Source of the DNA: an uncultured Bacteroidia bacterium
GTDB lineage: Bacteria; Bacteroidota; Bacteroidia; J057; CALAJH01
Direction of reading: 5' to 3'
Assembly: GCA_937922655.1 (NCBI GenBank)
Contig: CALAJH010000011.1
Coordinates: forward strand, 100,257-164,256
Length of the DNA: 64,000 bases
The notes beneath the pieces are model-generated. The model was given only the letters and a program-made list of their open reading frames with translations, was not told where the DNA came from and ran no database searches. Position numbers and translations under genes: made by a program. Positions 9,091 to 19,424 of the stretch are shown here, one piece after another (position 1 is the first letter of the stretch; each line of letters opens with the position of its first letter).

Positions 9091-11898
9091 ATGGCGGAAA
9101 AATTGGGGACGGTGCTGCTCATAGGCAGCGGGCCGATAATCATTGGTCAGGCGTGCGAGTTCGACTATTCGGGAACGCAGGCGGCAAAGGCCTTGCGCGA
9201 GGAAGGGGTGCGGGTGGTATTGGTCAATTCCAACCCCGCCACCATCATGACCGACCCCATGACGGCGGACAAAGTGTATCTGCTTCCCCTAACCCGCGCA
9301 ACGATAGAACGGATACTCAAAGAAGAAAAGCCCGATGCGGTTTTGCCTACCATGGGCGGACAAACGGCGTTGAATTTGGCCATGGAGTGTCAAAAAGCGG
9401 GTTTGTGGGAAAAATACGGGGTTAAACTCATCGGCGCGGATTTCGACGCCATCCGTACCGCCGAAGACCGCGAGGCGTTTAGAAAAAAAATGGTCGAAAT
9501 CGGCGTGGACGTACCGCGTTCGATGATAGCCCGTTCGTATTTGGAGGGCAAGGCCGCCGGTCAGCACATCGGTTTCCCTTTGGTCATTCGCCCGTCTTAT
9601 ACGCTCGGGGGTACGGGCGGCGGGTTCGTGGAAAACAAAGCCGACTTCGACGAGGCCCTGCGACGCGGACTCAACGCCAGTCCCGTCCACGAAGTCTTGA
9701 TAGAAGAGAGCATTTACGGTTGGAAGGAGTTTGAACTCGAACTTTTGCGCGACCATGCGGGAAACATCGTCGTGGTTTGCGGCGTCGAAAACATTGACCC
9801 TACGGGCATTCACACCGGCGACTCGATTACCGTCGCTCCCATTCTTACCTTGTCCGACAAGGCTTATCAACATCTTCGCAACGTCGCCAAAAAAGTTATG
9901 CAGGCGCTGGGCAATTTCGTCGGCGGTTGCAACGTTCAATTCGCCGTCCATCCCGAAACGGGCCGAACGGTGGTCATAGAAATCAATCCGCGCGTTTCTC
10001 GTTCGAGCGCCCTTGCCTCCAAAGCCACGGGTTATCCGATTGCCGCCATTGCCGCCAAACTTGCGCTGGGACTCCGGCTCGACGAACTGGTCAATCCCAT
10101 CACGGGTACGTCCGCTTTTTTCGAGCCGACCTTGGATTACGTCGTTGTTAAAATTCCGCGTTGGAACTTTGACAAGTTTCCCGGCGCCAACGACCGTTTG
10201 GGTTTGCAGATGAAGTCCGTCGGGGAGGTGATGGGCATCGGAAAAAACTTCGCCGAAGCCTTGCAAAAAGCATGTCAATCATTGGAGGTGAAAAGAAACG
10301 GTTTGGGGGCGGACGGACGGGAAATTCGCGACCGCGATTTTTTGCTCAAAGAACTCTCCAAACCGGGATGGAACCGGGTGTTTTTGATTCACGACGCTTT
10401 TTCTTTGGGTATTCCGCTTTCGACGGTGGAAAAACACACGAAAATAGACCCGTGGTTTCTCAACGAAATTAAAAACGTTTGCGAAATCGAAAAAGAACTT
10501 TCGCAATACACCCTTGATTCCTTGCCCGACGAACTCTTGCGTCGCGCCAAAGAACACGGTTTTGCCGACCGTCAAATCGCGCATCTCGTTCGTTGTTTGG
10601 AAAGCGAACTTTTGAGGCGAAGGCTTCAATCGGGGATTATCCGCAACTATAAACCCGTCGATACCTGCGCGGGGGAATTCGACGCGAAAACCCCGTATTA
10701 TTACTCGACGCTCAAACGGGGAATCAACGAAACCCAAACCTCCAACAGACCCAAAGTATTGGTTTTAGGTTCGGGACCGAACCGTATCGGTCAAGGAATC
10801 GAGTTCGACTATTGTTGCGTTCACGGCGTTTTGGCGGCCAAAGAGGCGGGTTATGAAACGATAATGGTCAATTGCAATCCCGAAACCGTTTCGACCGATT
10901 TCAATCTTTCCGACAAACTTTATTTCGAGCCCGTATTTTGGGAACATGTTTACGAACTCATTCTACATGAAAAGCCCAAGACGGTTATTGTGCAGTTGGG
11001 CGGGCAGACGGCGTTGAAATTGGCCGAAAAACTCCACAAATACGGGGTTCCGATTGCCGGAACGTCTTTCGATTCGATAGACTTGGCCGAAGACCGCGGT
11101 CGGTTTTCGGAGCTTTTGCGAACTTTGGGCATTCCCTATCCTCCTTTTGGCGTGGCCAAAAACGCCTCGGAGGCTTTGGAGTTGGTGCGGGAGGTGGGCT
11201 ATCCCGTGCTGGTGCGTCCGTCGTACGTCTTGGGCGGGCAACGCATGAGAATCGTCATCAACGACGAGGATTTGGAATCCCACGTCATCGACGTTCTCAA
11301 CGACCTTCCGGGCAACAGCGTTTTGGTGGACAAATTTTTGTCCGGCGCGTGGGAGGCGGAGGCCGACGCCATATGCGACGGCCAAAGCGTCCACATCATG
11401 GGAATCATGGAACACATCGAACCGGCGGGCATCCATTCGGGCGATTCCACCGCCGTGCTTCCTCCTTTCGGCTTGTCGTCCGCCGTCGTCGAAAAAATCG
11501 AGCGCTACACGACCCAAATCGCTTTGGCTTTGAAGGTAAAGGGGCTGCTGAACGTACAGTTTGCCGTCATGGGTGAAGACGTTTACGTCATCGAGGCCAA
11601 TCCTCGCGCCTCGCGCACCGCGCCGTTTATTTGCAAAGCCTACGGCGTGCCTTACGTCAATTACGCGGTAAAAATCATGCTCGACGCCGCCAAGATAAGC
11701 GATTTTTCCATTCCCCCGCGTCCCGAGGGTTTCGCATTGAAAATTCCCGTCTTCTCTTTTGACAAATTTCCCGAAGTCAATAAAGAACTCGGTCCGGAAA
11801 TGAAGTCTACGGGCGAAGAAATTCGCTTCATCGCCGACGTTACCGACGAGGCATTCGTCAAATTGTATACGCAAAGGAATCTGTTTTTGAGTCGGTGA
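9091..11898 (+). CDS. carB: Carbamoyl-phosphate synthase large subunit (short form without MGS-like domain)
   Basis: [17 protein letters not shown], two ATP-grasp halves (RPSYTLGG / [18 protein letters not shown] / EANPRASRT), GPEMKSTGE near the C-terminus. Confidence 0.98.
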   Translation: MAEKLGTVLLIGSGPIIIGQACEFDYSGTQAAKALREEGVRVVLVNSNPATIMTDPMTADKVYLLPLTRATIERILKEEKPDAVLPTMGGQTALNLAMECQKAGLWEKYGVKLIGADFDAIRTAEDREAFRKKMVEIGVDVPRSMIARSYLEGKAAGQHIGFPLVIRPSYTLGGTGGGFVENKADFDEALRRGLNASPVHEVLIEESIYGWKEFELELLRDHAGNIVVVCGVENIDPTGIHTGDSITVAPILTLSDKAYQHLRNVAKKVMQALGNFVGGCNVQFAVHPETGRTVVIEINPRVSRSSALASKATGYPIAAIAAKLALGLRLDELVNPITGTSAFFEPTLDYVVVKIPRWNFDKFPGANDRLGLQMKSVGEVMGIGKNFAEALQKACQSLEVKRNGLGADGREIRDRDFLLKELSKPGWNRVFLIHDAFSLGIPLSTVEKHTKIDPWFLNEIKNVCEIEKELSQYTLDSLPDELLRRAKEHGFADRQIAHLVRCLESELLRRRLQSGIIRNYKPVDTCAGEFDAKTPYYYSTLKRGINETQTSNRPKVLVLGSGPNRIGQGIEFDYCCVHGVLAAKEAGYETIMVNCNPETVSTDFNLSDKLYFEPVFWEHVYELILHEKPKTVIVQLGGQTALKLAEKLHKYGVPIAGTSFDSIDLAEDRGRFSELLRTLGIPYPPFGVAKNASEALELVREVGYPVLVRPSYVLGGQRMRIVINDEDLESHVIDVLNDLPGNSVLVDKFLSGAWEAEADAICDGQSVHIMGIMEHIEPAGIHSGDSTAVLPPFGLSSAVVEKIERYTTQIALALKVKGLLNVQFAVMGEDVYVIEANPRASRTAPFICKAYGVPYVNYAVKIMLDAAKISDFSIPPRPEGFALKIPVFSFDKFPEVNKELGPEMKSTGEEIRFIADVTDEAFVKLYTQRNLFLSR

Positions 11899-12022
11899 TG
11901 TAATTGTGAATCGTTTTCAAAGTTTATTGTCGGACGACGAACGAGACGTTGCGCTTCTCAAAAAAGCGCTTGAAAGCCCTTTGGGTTGGGTTAAAGACTC
12001 GTTACGAAAACAACCCAAGCCC

Positions 12023-12052
12023 TCGCGGGAATGTGTTTTCACATCCCCGCGA
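12023..12052. terminator. Stem-loop between convergent carB and M1 peptidase genes
   Basis: TCGCGGGaATGTG-TTTT-CACATcCCCGCGA; a 13-bp stem on the minus strand with one G-U pair; no clean U-tract. Confidence 0.5.
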
Positions 12053-12076
12053 TTATAATCCAAAAAGAAAAAAAAA

Positions 12077-15000
12077 TTAAAACGTCCGTCCGACGGTCAG
12101 TATCCATCGAAACGCGAAAGGTTTTTCGCCGGGCGGCGGGGCGTCAACCCAAATCGGAATGTCGAAACGGAATACCAAATTCTTTTCAATCCTTGAAAAC
12201 GTGGGAACTTTGACGTCCAAAACCACGCCGATACCTGCGTCTTGCCGCCAAACGTCGAATACCGGTTTGTCGAAGCCGACGGTGCGTTCGTTGAAGGCCA
12301 ATATGCCGCCGTCGTAAAAAAGATAGGTTTTGAGGGCGGCGCGGTCGAAAGCATAGCGTCTTTTCACGCCAAAAAGCCGTTCGAACTCCAATTCGACGTT
12401 CACCGCCGCGCCCGACGTCGAGCGATAGCCTTGCCCCGTAACGCGGGTGGCGTTGGGACGGTAACCCGTATAGCCGCGCAAGTTTAAACCGCCGCCGTAT
12501 TGAAAATGGTTGCGCAACGAACCATCGCCCCCGGCCATCCATGCGTTGGGAATGTACCCCCGCGCCCGTAAAAAGTCGTTTTCGTACTGTTCTTCGGGAT
12601 TGCCGCCCCACATGTACAGTTGGGATTCGACGGGAAGCGCGCCCATGCCGTATTGCGCAAAAAAGCGGGTGCGCAACCGCAAGCGATTGAAAAAGTCCTT
12701 TTCATGAAGCGAGCGCGCGTTCACGGTCGCAAAATACGCGTCCGTTCCGGGTGCGGCGGTGCGCAACTCCGTCAATACATTGCCGTAACCCCTGACCAAA
12801 GGATAGTTTTTTTCAAAGCCGACGGTCAGCGAGGCGTTGGCTACGTTGTGATTCCAATGGTCGGGTTCGTTGAGAAAGTAACGGTATTCGAACCGCGAGC
12901 GAATCATGTATTTGTAAAAGCCATAGACGCGGTGGAAACGGGGGTTGTAGGGCGAACCGACGGCAAAAGTTTTACCGACGCCGGCTTTGTAAAGTTGGAG
13001 GCCGTCGCGAAATTCGGCCCGAAGCTCGACTCGCGCCAGCCGTCCCAAGAACGGCAACGCCGTCGAATATTCGGCCTTGACGTTTACGGGCGGAAAAGAT
13101 TTTTCGTATTCGGAAAATACCGCTTGCCATTCGGGCAGGGCGTCGGCCTGAGGCCAACCCGTGTTGTACCATACCGACGCCCTAAAACGGTGAAAATCGT
13201 TTAAATAACTTCCTTCGGCGGAAATGCCCGGTTGGAAGCCCGCGTAGGCGTTCCACCACAGATTGGGAAAAAAATTCGCTTTGTAACGTTTCCATTCCGA
13301 ATAATAGCCCGGTTTTTCCATGAAACTCCAGCGCACGGGCTTGCAACCCGAAACGTTGTTGAGCAGGTTTACGTCTCCCAATCGATACGAAGGGTCGATA
13401 ATCACTTTTTTTAACGGCGACGGCAAATCGAGTTCGACGGTATGGGTTTTGTTGATAACGTCCCAGCCGTACCATTGGGGCAAAATCGTACGATTGGAGT
13501 CTTTTTTTTCAAAATAAGTGTTGGGGACGAGGTAGTGCAGGGTGTCTCGGCTTCGGGTAACGACGGCAAAATCCAAAGGCATTTCCATTCGTCCTTTGCG
13601 TTTGAACTTGATTTTTGCGTTCAGCCCGCCGTATTGGGTCTTTACGCACGAAACTTTGTAGTCGAGTTTTTTGTCCGTTTCGAGCCATTGGTCGAAAAAC
13701 CACGTCAAATCGGTTTTGGCGACGTCGGTAACGGCTTTACGGAAGTCGTCGGGATAGGGGTGGGCCATTCTCCACTTTTCGAAGTAGTTTTGCATGGCTT
13801 TTAAGAACAATTTTTCGCCGAGGAGGTACTGGAGGTTGTAAAGCATGACGGCGGTTTTGTAGTAAACCTGTCCGTAACCGCCGCCGTGTCCGAGGGCTCC
13901 GTGGAACCGGTCGGAATGGGTGTTCAAAAAGCCGTCGTAGCCTTTGGCGGCGGCGGTGATGTAGCCGTGGTAGACTTCGGTGAAACGCGTTTCGAGCTTT
14001 GGATTTTCGGGGTCGTAAGGGCCTTCGATTTTTTCAAGGGCCCAAGCGGTTAGAAACTGGGTAAAGCCCTCGTCCAAAAAGGCGCGGTAGGTTTCGTTGG
14101 TGCCAATCATGCCGAAGAACCAATTGTGTCCCACTTCGTGCGCCAAAAGCCCTTTGTAACCCGGGGAAATGTCGCCGTCGAGGGTGAGCATCGGGTACTC
14201 CATGCCGTCTTTGGCGTCGGCGACAATCATTTTGGGATAGGCGTACATGCCGATGTCCTGGGAATAGACGCGAACGACCTTGGCGGTGAATTCGGCGGCG
14301 TCCTGCCAGCCGGCGGCGTTTTCTTCGCGGGCCAAGGCGACGCATTTGATTCCGTTCCATTCGGCCTCCCCGATGCGATAGGTGGGGTCGGCGGTGAAGG
14401 CGAAGTCGTGAACGTTCTCGGCGTGAAAACGCCATGTTTTGTTCGTGCCGTCGGGGGCGATGATTTGTTGGGCGGGGGTGCCGAGTTTTTTGTCGGCAAA
14501 GTTTTTGAGTTCCAACTTTTGGCGTAAATCCGGCGGCATGACCTCGGCCTCGTTTTGCAACACTCCCGTTGCGTCCAAGACGTACTGTTTGGGCAGGGAA
14601 ATGGCCACGTCGTAGGTTCCGAATTCGCCGTAAAATTCCCGGCTCAGATGTTGTTGGGTGGCGTGGCGAAAATTGCGGTCGTAGACGCAGACGCGCGGAT
14701 ACCAGTGGACAACGTCGAAATGCTTGACGGTTTTGAGCGTGCCGTCGGCTTGGCGTTCCTTGACGGCAAAGACCTTCATTCGCCGACGTTGGCTTCCCCA
14801 CCCAAAATAAGTAGTGAAGTTCATTTCGAAGCGACAACTTGCGCCGGGCGCCAAGGCCTCGCGCAATTTGACGCGCATTATCGTGTTGTCTATAAAGAAC
14901 TCCGCGGGGGCGCCGTTGTGTTTGACCGACTGCACTTCCGTCCCTTTACCGTTTTTTTCGTAGGTCGTATATACGATGGGTTCTTTGTTGGCCCGCTGGA

Positions 15001-15313
15001 GTTTTTCGTAATAACTGCCTTTGACGAAAGCGTTTTGATAAAGATGAAAATAGACTTCGGTGAGCGTGTCGGGAGAATTGTTCCAGTATTCGAGCGACAG
15101 ATTGCCCTGAATAAGGTTGATATCGTCGCGGAGGCGTGCGGAAATGACGTAGTGAACGTCTTGTTGCCAATAATCGGAGGGCATGTTCCGATTTTTCCAA
15201 TAATGGGGATTGGCGGGCGAACGATAGGTGTTGGGTGGCAGGACGAAGTCGGTTTGGGCGAAGGCGCCCAGCCACGTCAAGGTCGTTACCGCCGACAAAA
15301 GAAAAATTTTCAC
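12077..15313 (-). CDS. Secreted M1-family zinc aminopeptidase with C-terminal outer-membrane beta-barrel-like region
   Basis: GMEYP exopeptidase motif; HEVGH-x18-E at about 14126-14140; signal peptide after the probable GTG start at 15313; C-terminal amphipathic strands ending in F. Confidence 0.9.
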   Translation of the reverse strand: MKIFLLSAVTTLTWLGAFAQTDFVLPPNTYRSPANPHYWKNRNMPSDYWQQDVHYVISARLRDDINLIQGNLSLEYWNNSPDTLTEVYFHLYQNAFVKGSYYEKLQRANKEPIVYTTYEKNGKGTEVQSVKHNGAPAEFFIDNTIMRVKLREALAPGASCRFEMNFTTYFGWGSQRRRMKVFAVKERQADGTLKTVKHFDVVHWYPRVCVYDRNFRHATQQHLSREFYGEFGTYDVAISLPKQYVLDATGVLQNEAEVMPPDLRQKLELKNFADKKLGTPAQQIIAPDGTNKTWRFHAENVHDFAFTADPTYRIGEAEWNGIKCVALAREENAAGWQDAAEFTAKVVRVYSQDIGMYAYPKMIVADAKDGMEYPMLTLDGDISPGYKGLLAHEVGHNWFFGMIGTNETYRAFLDEGFTQFLTAWALEKIEGPYDPENPKLETRFTEVYHGYITAAAKGYDGFLNTHSDRFHGALGHGGGYGQVYYKTAVMLYNLQYLLGEKLFLKAMQNYFEKWRMAHPYPDDFRKAVTDVAKTDLTWFFDQWLETDKKLDYKVSCVKTQYGGLNAKIKFKRKGRMEMPLDFAVVTRSRDTLHYLVPNTYFEKKDSNRTILPQWYGWDVINKTHTVELDLPSPLKKVIIDPSYRLGDVNLLNNVSGCKPVRWSFMEKPGYYSEWKRYKANFFPNLWWNAYAGFQPGISAEGSYLNDFHRFRASVWYNTGWPQADALPEWQAVFSEYEKSFPPVNVKAEYSTALPFLGRLARVELRAEFRDGLQLYKAGVGKTFAVGSPYNPRFHRVYGFYKYMIRSRFEYRYFLNEPDHWNHNVANASLTVGFEKNYPLVRGYGNVLTELRTAAPGTDAYFATVNARSLHEKDFFNRLRLRTRFFAQYGMGALPVESQLYMWGGNPEEQYENDFLRARGYIPNAWMAGGDGSLRNHFQYGGGLNLRGYTGYRPNATRVTGQGYRSTSGAAVNVELEFERLFGVKRRYAFDRAALKTYLFYDGGILAFNERTVGFDKPVFDVWRQDAGIGVVLDVKVPTFSRIEKNLVFRFDIPIWVDAPPPGEKPFAFRWILTVGRTF

Positions 15314-15339
15314 GCCGTGTATCGAATTAAGGCCCAAAA

Positions 15340-16269
15340 TTACGAAAAAGCGCGTTGTTTGAACCATTCGGCGGTGGTTTGCAAACCGTCGAACAAAAGC
15401 GTTTCGGGGCGAAAGCCCGCCGCCTCAAAAAAATTTTTCGGGCTGATAGAGCTTCTTCGCTGTTCCCCGGGTTTGGGGGGGCCGAATTCGGGGGTAAATT
15501 GACGATTGAAAAAGGCGTTGAGGCCGTTGAACACGTCCACTACGGTGTGTTCTTTGCCCGTACCGATGTTGAAGGCCCCGGAACGCTCGAGCCGGGTCAG
15601 GGCGAGGACGTTGGCACGGGCTACGTCGCCGACGTAAACGTAATCGCGGGTTTGGAGGCCGTCGCCGTTGATGCGCGGCGCCATGCCCTGCAACATACGG
15701 TTTAGAAAAATGGCGACGACTCCGGCCTCGCCATGGGGGTTTTGTCGGGGACCGTAGACGTTGGCGTAGCGCAAGGCTCGATATTCCAAGCCGTAGTTCG
15801 CTTGGTAAACGAAAAGATACTTTTCCACCGCCACTTTGGCCGCGCCGTAGGCCGAAATCGGCTGTAAAGGGGCGTCTTCCGGGGTGGGGAATAGGTCCTG
15901 TTCACCGTAGCACGCCCCGCCCGTTGATGCGAAAACAACGGTTTTCGTACCCCCGAGCCTACAACCCTCCAATACACGAATCGAGCCGACGACGTTGGTC
16001 GTCGCGTCGAAAGCCGGGTCTTCCATCGATTTGCGCACGTCTATCTGCGCCGCCAAATGAAACACCGCGTCATAACCGCCGTCGGCGATGGTTTTCGTCG
16101 TCGCCGGATGGGCTATGTCGGCCTCGATGAGGCGTACGCCGTCGGGGACGTTGTGCGCAAAACCCGTCGAAAGGTTGTCCAACACCTCGACTTCAAAACC
16201 CTCGGCCAAAAGCGCATCCACGGTGTGCGAACCAATAAAACCCGCGCCGCCCGTAACCAATACTTTCAT
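15340..16269 (-). CDS. NAD-dependent epimerase/dehydratase (UDP-glucose 4-epimerase-like)
   Basis: MKVLVTGGAGFIGSH, HLAAQ, YGAAK (YxxxK), RYANVYGPRQ, TRDYVYV; start moved to ATG 16269. Confidence 0.93.
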   Translation of the reverse strand: MKVLVTGGAGFIGSHTVDALLAEGFEVEVLDNLSTGFAHNVPDGVRLIEADIAHPATTKTIADGGYDAVFHLAAQIDVRKSMEDPAFDATTNVVGSIRVLEGCRLGGTKTVVFASTGGACYGEQDLFPTPEDAPLQPISAYGAAKVAVEKYLFVYQANYGLEYRALRYANVYGPRQNPHGEAGVVAIFLNRMLQGMAPRINGDGLQTRDYVYVGDVARANVLALTRLERSGAFNIGTGKEHTVVDVFNGLNAFFNRQFTPEFGPPKPGEQRRSSISPKNFFEAAGFRPETLLFDGLQTTAEWFKQRAFS

Positions 16270-16299
16270 GTGCGCGAATTTCGTTATTTTTGCGAAACG

Positions 16300-17085
16300 A
16301 TGACGATGCGAATCTTTGCCACTCTGATTCTGGCGTGTACGGTTGCCGCCTGCGACCCCAAGTCCAATCCTTGCGACGAGCCGTCCAATCGCGCCTTTTA
16401 CGATTTCCAACGCGCCCTCGACGCGCAGTGCGACGTCGAAACCCTCGCCGTGGCCGGAAAACAAATCGAATCCGTTCCCGACGAAATTTCCCGCCTTACG
16501 GCCCTCAACACCCTTTATCTCAACAACAATCGGCTTTCCACGCTTCCGCAAGCCCTCTTTTCGCTGCCCATACAATATTTGTATATCCACAGAAATAATT
16601 TTACCCAAATTCCCGAAGGTTTGAACGCCCTGACGGATTTGCGCACTTTGGACGCGGGCAACAATCAAATCAACAACCCCGCCGTCGGCAATTTTTCCCG
16701 CTTGCGCTGGTTAAATCTGCGCAACAACGGCATAGAACGGCTTTCGAGCGACTTTGTCTCCGCACCCGAACTGGCGTTTTTGTATCTGCAGGACAACCGT
16801 ATCGATGCTTTGCCCGAGCGAATCGGAGAATTTTCCCAACTTTCGATTTTGGACGCAAGCGGCAATCCGCTTACCGACCTTCCCGCCAATTTCGGCAATT
16901 TGAAACGTTTGCAATCGTTGCGTTTGGAACGGGCGGCGTTTACGGATATGCCGGCGGTCATCGCGGGTTTGGATTCGACCAACGGAGGTTCGTTGCGCGA
17001 GCTTCGTTTGTCGGGCAACCCCATTCCCTCCTCAAAACGCGCCGAAATTCAAGCCCTTGTGCCCAAAGCCAGAATTTTTTGGTAA
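16300..17085 (+). CDS. Leucine-rich-repeat lipoprotein
   Basis: Lipobox VAAC after a hydrophobic stretch; repeated LxxLxLxxNxL units; start moved to ATG 16300. Confidence 0.88.
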   Translation: MTMRIFATLILACTVAACDPKSNPCDEPSNRAFYDFQRALDAQCDVETLAVAGKQIESVPDEISRLTALNTLYLNNNRLSTLPQALFSLPIQYLYIHRNNFTQIPEGLNALTDLRTLDAGNNQINNPAVGNFSRLRWLNLRNNGIERLSSDFVSAPELAFLYLQDNRIDALPERIGEFSQLSILDASGNPLTDLPANFGNLKRLQSLRLERAAFTDMPAVIAGLDSTNGGSLRELRLSGNPIPSSKRAEIQALVPKARIFW

Positions 17086-17165
17086 CGTTAAATTGTGCCT
17101 CGGGCGTTGAAAAATTTTTTGATTGGCGTCCATTTCAAACGGCATTTGACGATTCGCCTACCGCC

Positions 17166-18182
17166 ATGTTAAAAATCGACATCCACACTCACATTTTGCC
17201 GAAAAAAATGCCCGATTTTGCCAAACGTTTCGGTTACGACGGCTTTGTTCATCTCGAACACGGACCCGATTGCACGGCCAAAATGATGGTGGGCGAAAAG
17301 TTTTTTCGCAAAATCGGTTCCAATTGTTGGGATTGTGGGGAGCGATTGCGGGAGATGGACGAAAAAGACGTGGCGGTACAGGCGCTTTCCACGGTGCCGG
17401 TGTTGTTTTATTACTGGGCCAAAGGCGCCGACGCTTACGAAACCGCAAAATTTTTGAACGACCACATCGCCGACGAGGTCGCCAAGCATCCGAAAAGATT
17501 TGTCGGTTTGGGAACGCTTCCCATGCAGGCGCCCGATTTGGCCGTCAAAGAACTCGAGCGTTGCGTTCGCGAACTGGGAATGCCCGGCGTACAAATCGGC
17601 TCCCACGTCAACGATTGGAACCTCGACGCGCCCGAAATTTTTGAGGTCTTTGCGGCGGCGGAACGTTTGGGCGCCGCCGTTTTTGTGCATCCGTGGGATA
17701 TGATGGGCAAAGACAAAATGCCCAAATATTGGCTTCCGTGGTTGGTGGGAATGCCCGCCGAAACGTCTTTGGCGATATGCTCGATGATATTCGGCGGTGT
17801 TTTCGAACGTTTGCCGAATTTACGCGTGGCCTTCGCCCACGGCGGCGGCGCCTTTCCCGCCACCGTGGGCAGAATTGAACATGGATTTCTTGTCCGTCCC
17901 GACCTTTGCGCCATCGACAATCCCGTCAATCCACGCAACTACCTCGGCAAATTTTGGGTCGATTCCCTCGTTCACGACCCGCGTTGTTTTCAATATCTTT
18001 TGGAAACGATGGGAGAAGACAAAGTGGCTTTGGGTACCGACTATCCTTTTCCGTTGGGGGAATGGCTGGGCGAATGGCGACCCGGAAAAATCGTCGAATC
18101 CCTTCAAAACGACGCCCTTAAACAAAAAGTTTTGGCCGACAACGCTCTTGCTTGGCTTAATTTGCCCAAAGAACGATTCTAA
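17166..18182 (+). CDS. 2-amino-3-carboxymuconate-6-semialdehyde decarboxylase (ACMSD, amidohydrolase family)
   Basis: [65 protein letters not shown] match ACMSD motifs. Confidence 0.92.
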   Translation: MLKIDIHTHILPKKMPDFAKRFGYDGFVHLEHGPDCTAKMMVGEKFFRKIGSNCWDCGERLREMDEKDVAVQALSTVPVLFYYWAKGADAYETAKFLNDHIADEVAKHPKRFVGLGTLPMQAPDLAVKELERCVRELGMPGVQIGSHVNDWNLDAPEIFEVFAAAERLGAAVFVHPWDMMGKDKMPKYWLPWLVGMPAETSLAICSMIFGGVFERLPNLRVAFAHGGGAFPATVGRIEHGFLVRPDLCAIDNPVNPRNYLGKFWVDSLVHDPRCFQYLLETMGEDKVALGTDYPFPLGEWLGEWRPGKIVESLQNDALKQKVLADNALAWLNLPKERF

Positions 18183-18308
18183 TTCCAATCGTCGGCGTTG
18201 TCCGGCGTCCGATACAAGCGATATGGTTGTAACCGACGCAATATTAAGCCGCGTAAAAAGTCCCTTAAAATCGACATAACCAACTAAGCCTAATTAAAAT
18301 ATACAACC

Positions 18309-18683
18309 ATGGATAAAATGCGTCTGCTTATGGAGCTTGAGGCAGACTTTAAAAAGCTGGGAGAACTTTTTGCGGAATTGACCGAGCGGGCGATAGACGA
18401 GGGAATCAGTCGATTTCCTGTTTTTGTCGCGTCCCCGGGGCCGATAGCCTTGGGTGTGGCCGTCGCCGCGCCCGCCACGCATTCCGTGTTCAAATTTTAT
18501 TTCATGACGACGGTCGAAGAATTGGCCCGAAAAAAAGTCATTGTGGACGCGGCGGCGTTCAAAAAAGCTTTTCGCAACCCGCTGGAAAACGCATGTATCA
18601 TCATCGTCGCCGAAGAACCGCAACTGATATTCATCCCTTACCGCGAGCCGAGCTTTGAGTTCGAACCCGTTTCGTTAAATTAG
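18309..18683 (+). CDS. Hypothetical protein
   Basis: 124-aa ORF with an AT-rich leader, filling the gap between genes. Confidence 0.7.
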   Translation: MDKMRLLMELEADFKKLGELFAELTERAIDEGISRFPVFVASPGPIALGVAVAAPATHSVFKFYFMTTVEELARKKVIVDAAAFKKAFRNPLENACIIIVAEEPQLIFIPYREPSFEFEPVSLN

Positions 18684-19424
18684 TTTAAACGTCGAAAGGG
18701 GATAAAGCACGGGCTTGGACGGGGCGGCGTCGGCCATGAAGGGCGCAATTTGCAAATTCAAGGCGTATAATCCGTCGGAAACATCCTGCGGAACAAATAT
18801 AAACTCGGTAATGGTGCGTTGGGATTTTGCCGATTCGATGCGTGAATCTTGGGGTAAATCCCAAAAAATGCGGTGGTTGGAAAGTTTACCGTCGTCGTCG
18901 GCCTTGTCCACCGAGGCAAAATCCACCAACACATGTTCAAAACCCGACCGGCGAATTAGACGCATGGCGTCGTTGGAAAAAAACGCGGAAAAGTCTCCGA
19001 AAGGCTCGTTTCGTGTCCGAACGGCAAGGGCGCGAATCCCGGATTGAAAACCCGCGCGTTGCATCGCGGCGTGCAACGCATCCGCCGAAACGACTTTGTC
19101 GTCGGGAGAAAGACGGGGATAATATTCGTCGGAGGTTTGGCCGTCGGGTTCGACGCTTACGACAAGGCAGGTTGTCAAAAGCGGGATTTCGACGTCGCAA
19201 ACGAATATTTTTTCGGCCGTCAAGTGACCGATGCATTCGGTGTGGGTGGCGTTGCAATGAGGGGTAAGGGTGTAGATTTCACAATTGCACGGGCCGCCTT
19301 CGGCCACCGAACCCACGAAACTTCCCGCACGGTACACTTGCGATGTTGCCGCCGACGCTCCGAACGCCGATACCTGTTGTCCGCCAAAATCCAGCCGTAT
19401 CGCCAACGAAGCGCCTTTTTGCAT
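18675..19424 (-). CDS. Cyclase-family metallohydrolase (kynurenine formamidase KynB-like)
   Basis: PHCNATHTECIGH metal motif, SVD..D.G.L.NH, ITEFIFV, DAAPSKP. Confidence 0.8.
   Translation of the reverse strand: MQKGASLAIRLDFGGQQVSAFGASAATSQVYRAGSFVGSVAEGGPCNCEIYTLTPHCNATHTECIGHLTAEKIFVCDVEIPLLTTCLVVSVEPDGQTSDEYYPRLSPDDKVVSADALHAAMQRAGFQSGIRALAVRTRNEPFGDFSAFFSNDAMRLIRRSGFEHVLVDFASVDKADDDGKLSNHRIFWDLPQDSRIESAKSQRTITEFIFVPQDVSDGLYALNLQIAPFMADAAPSKPVLYPLSTFKLI

Noticed and set aside
7139-9124. Long antisense ORFs (661 aa opposite pheT; also 3387-5009, 55690-57297, 19044-20249, 62748-63815)
   Set aside because: Shadow frames of well-supported genes, explained by scarcity of TTA/CTA/TCA codons on the coding strand; no motifs
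9091-11898. carB apparently truncated (935 aa, no MGS domain)
   Set aside because: Short CarB is a known Bacteroidota form and the ORF ends cleanly after GPEMKSTGE
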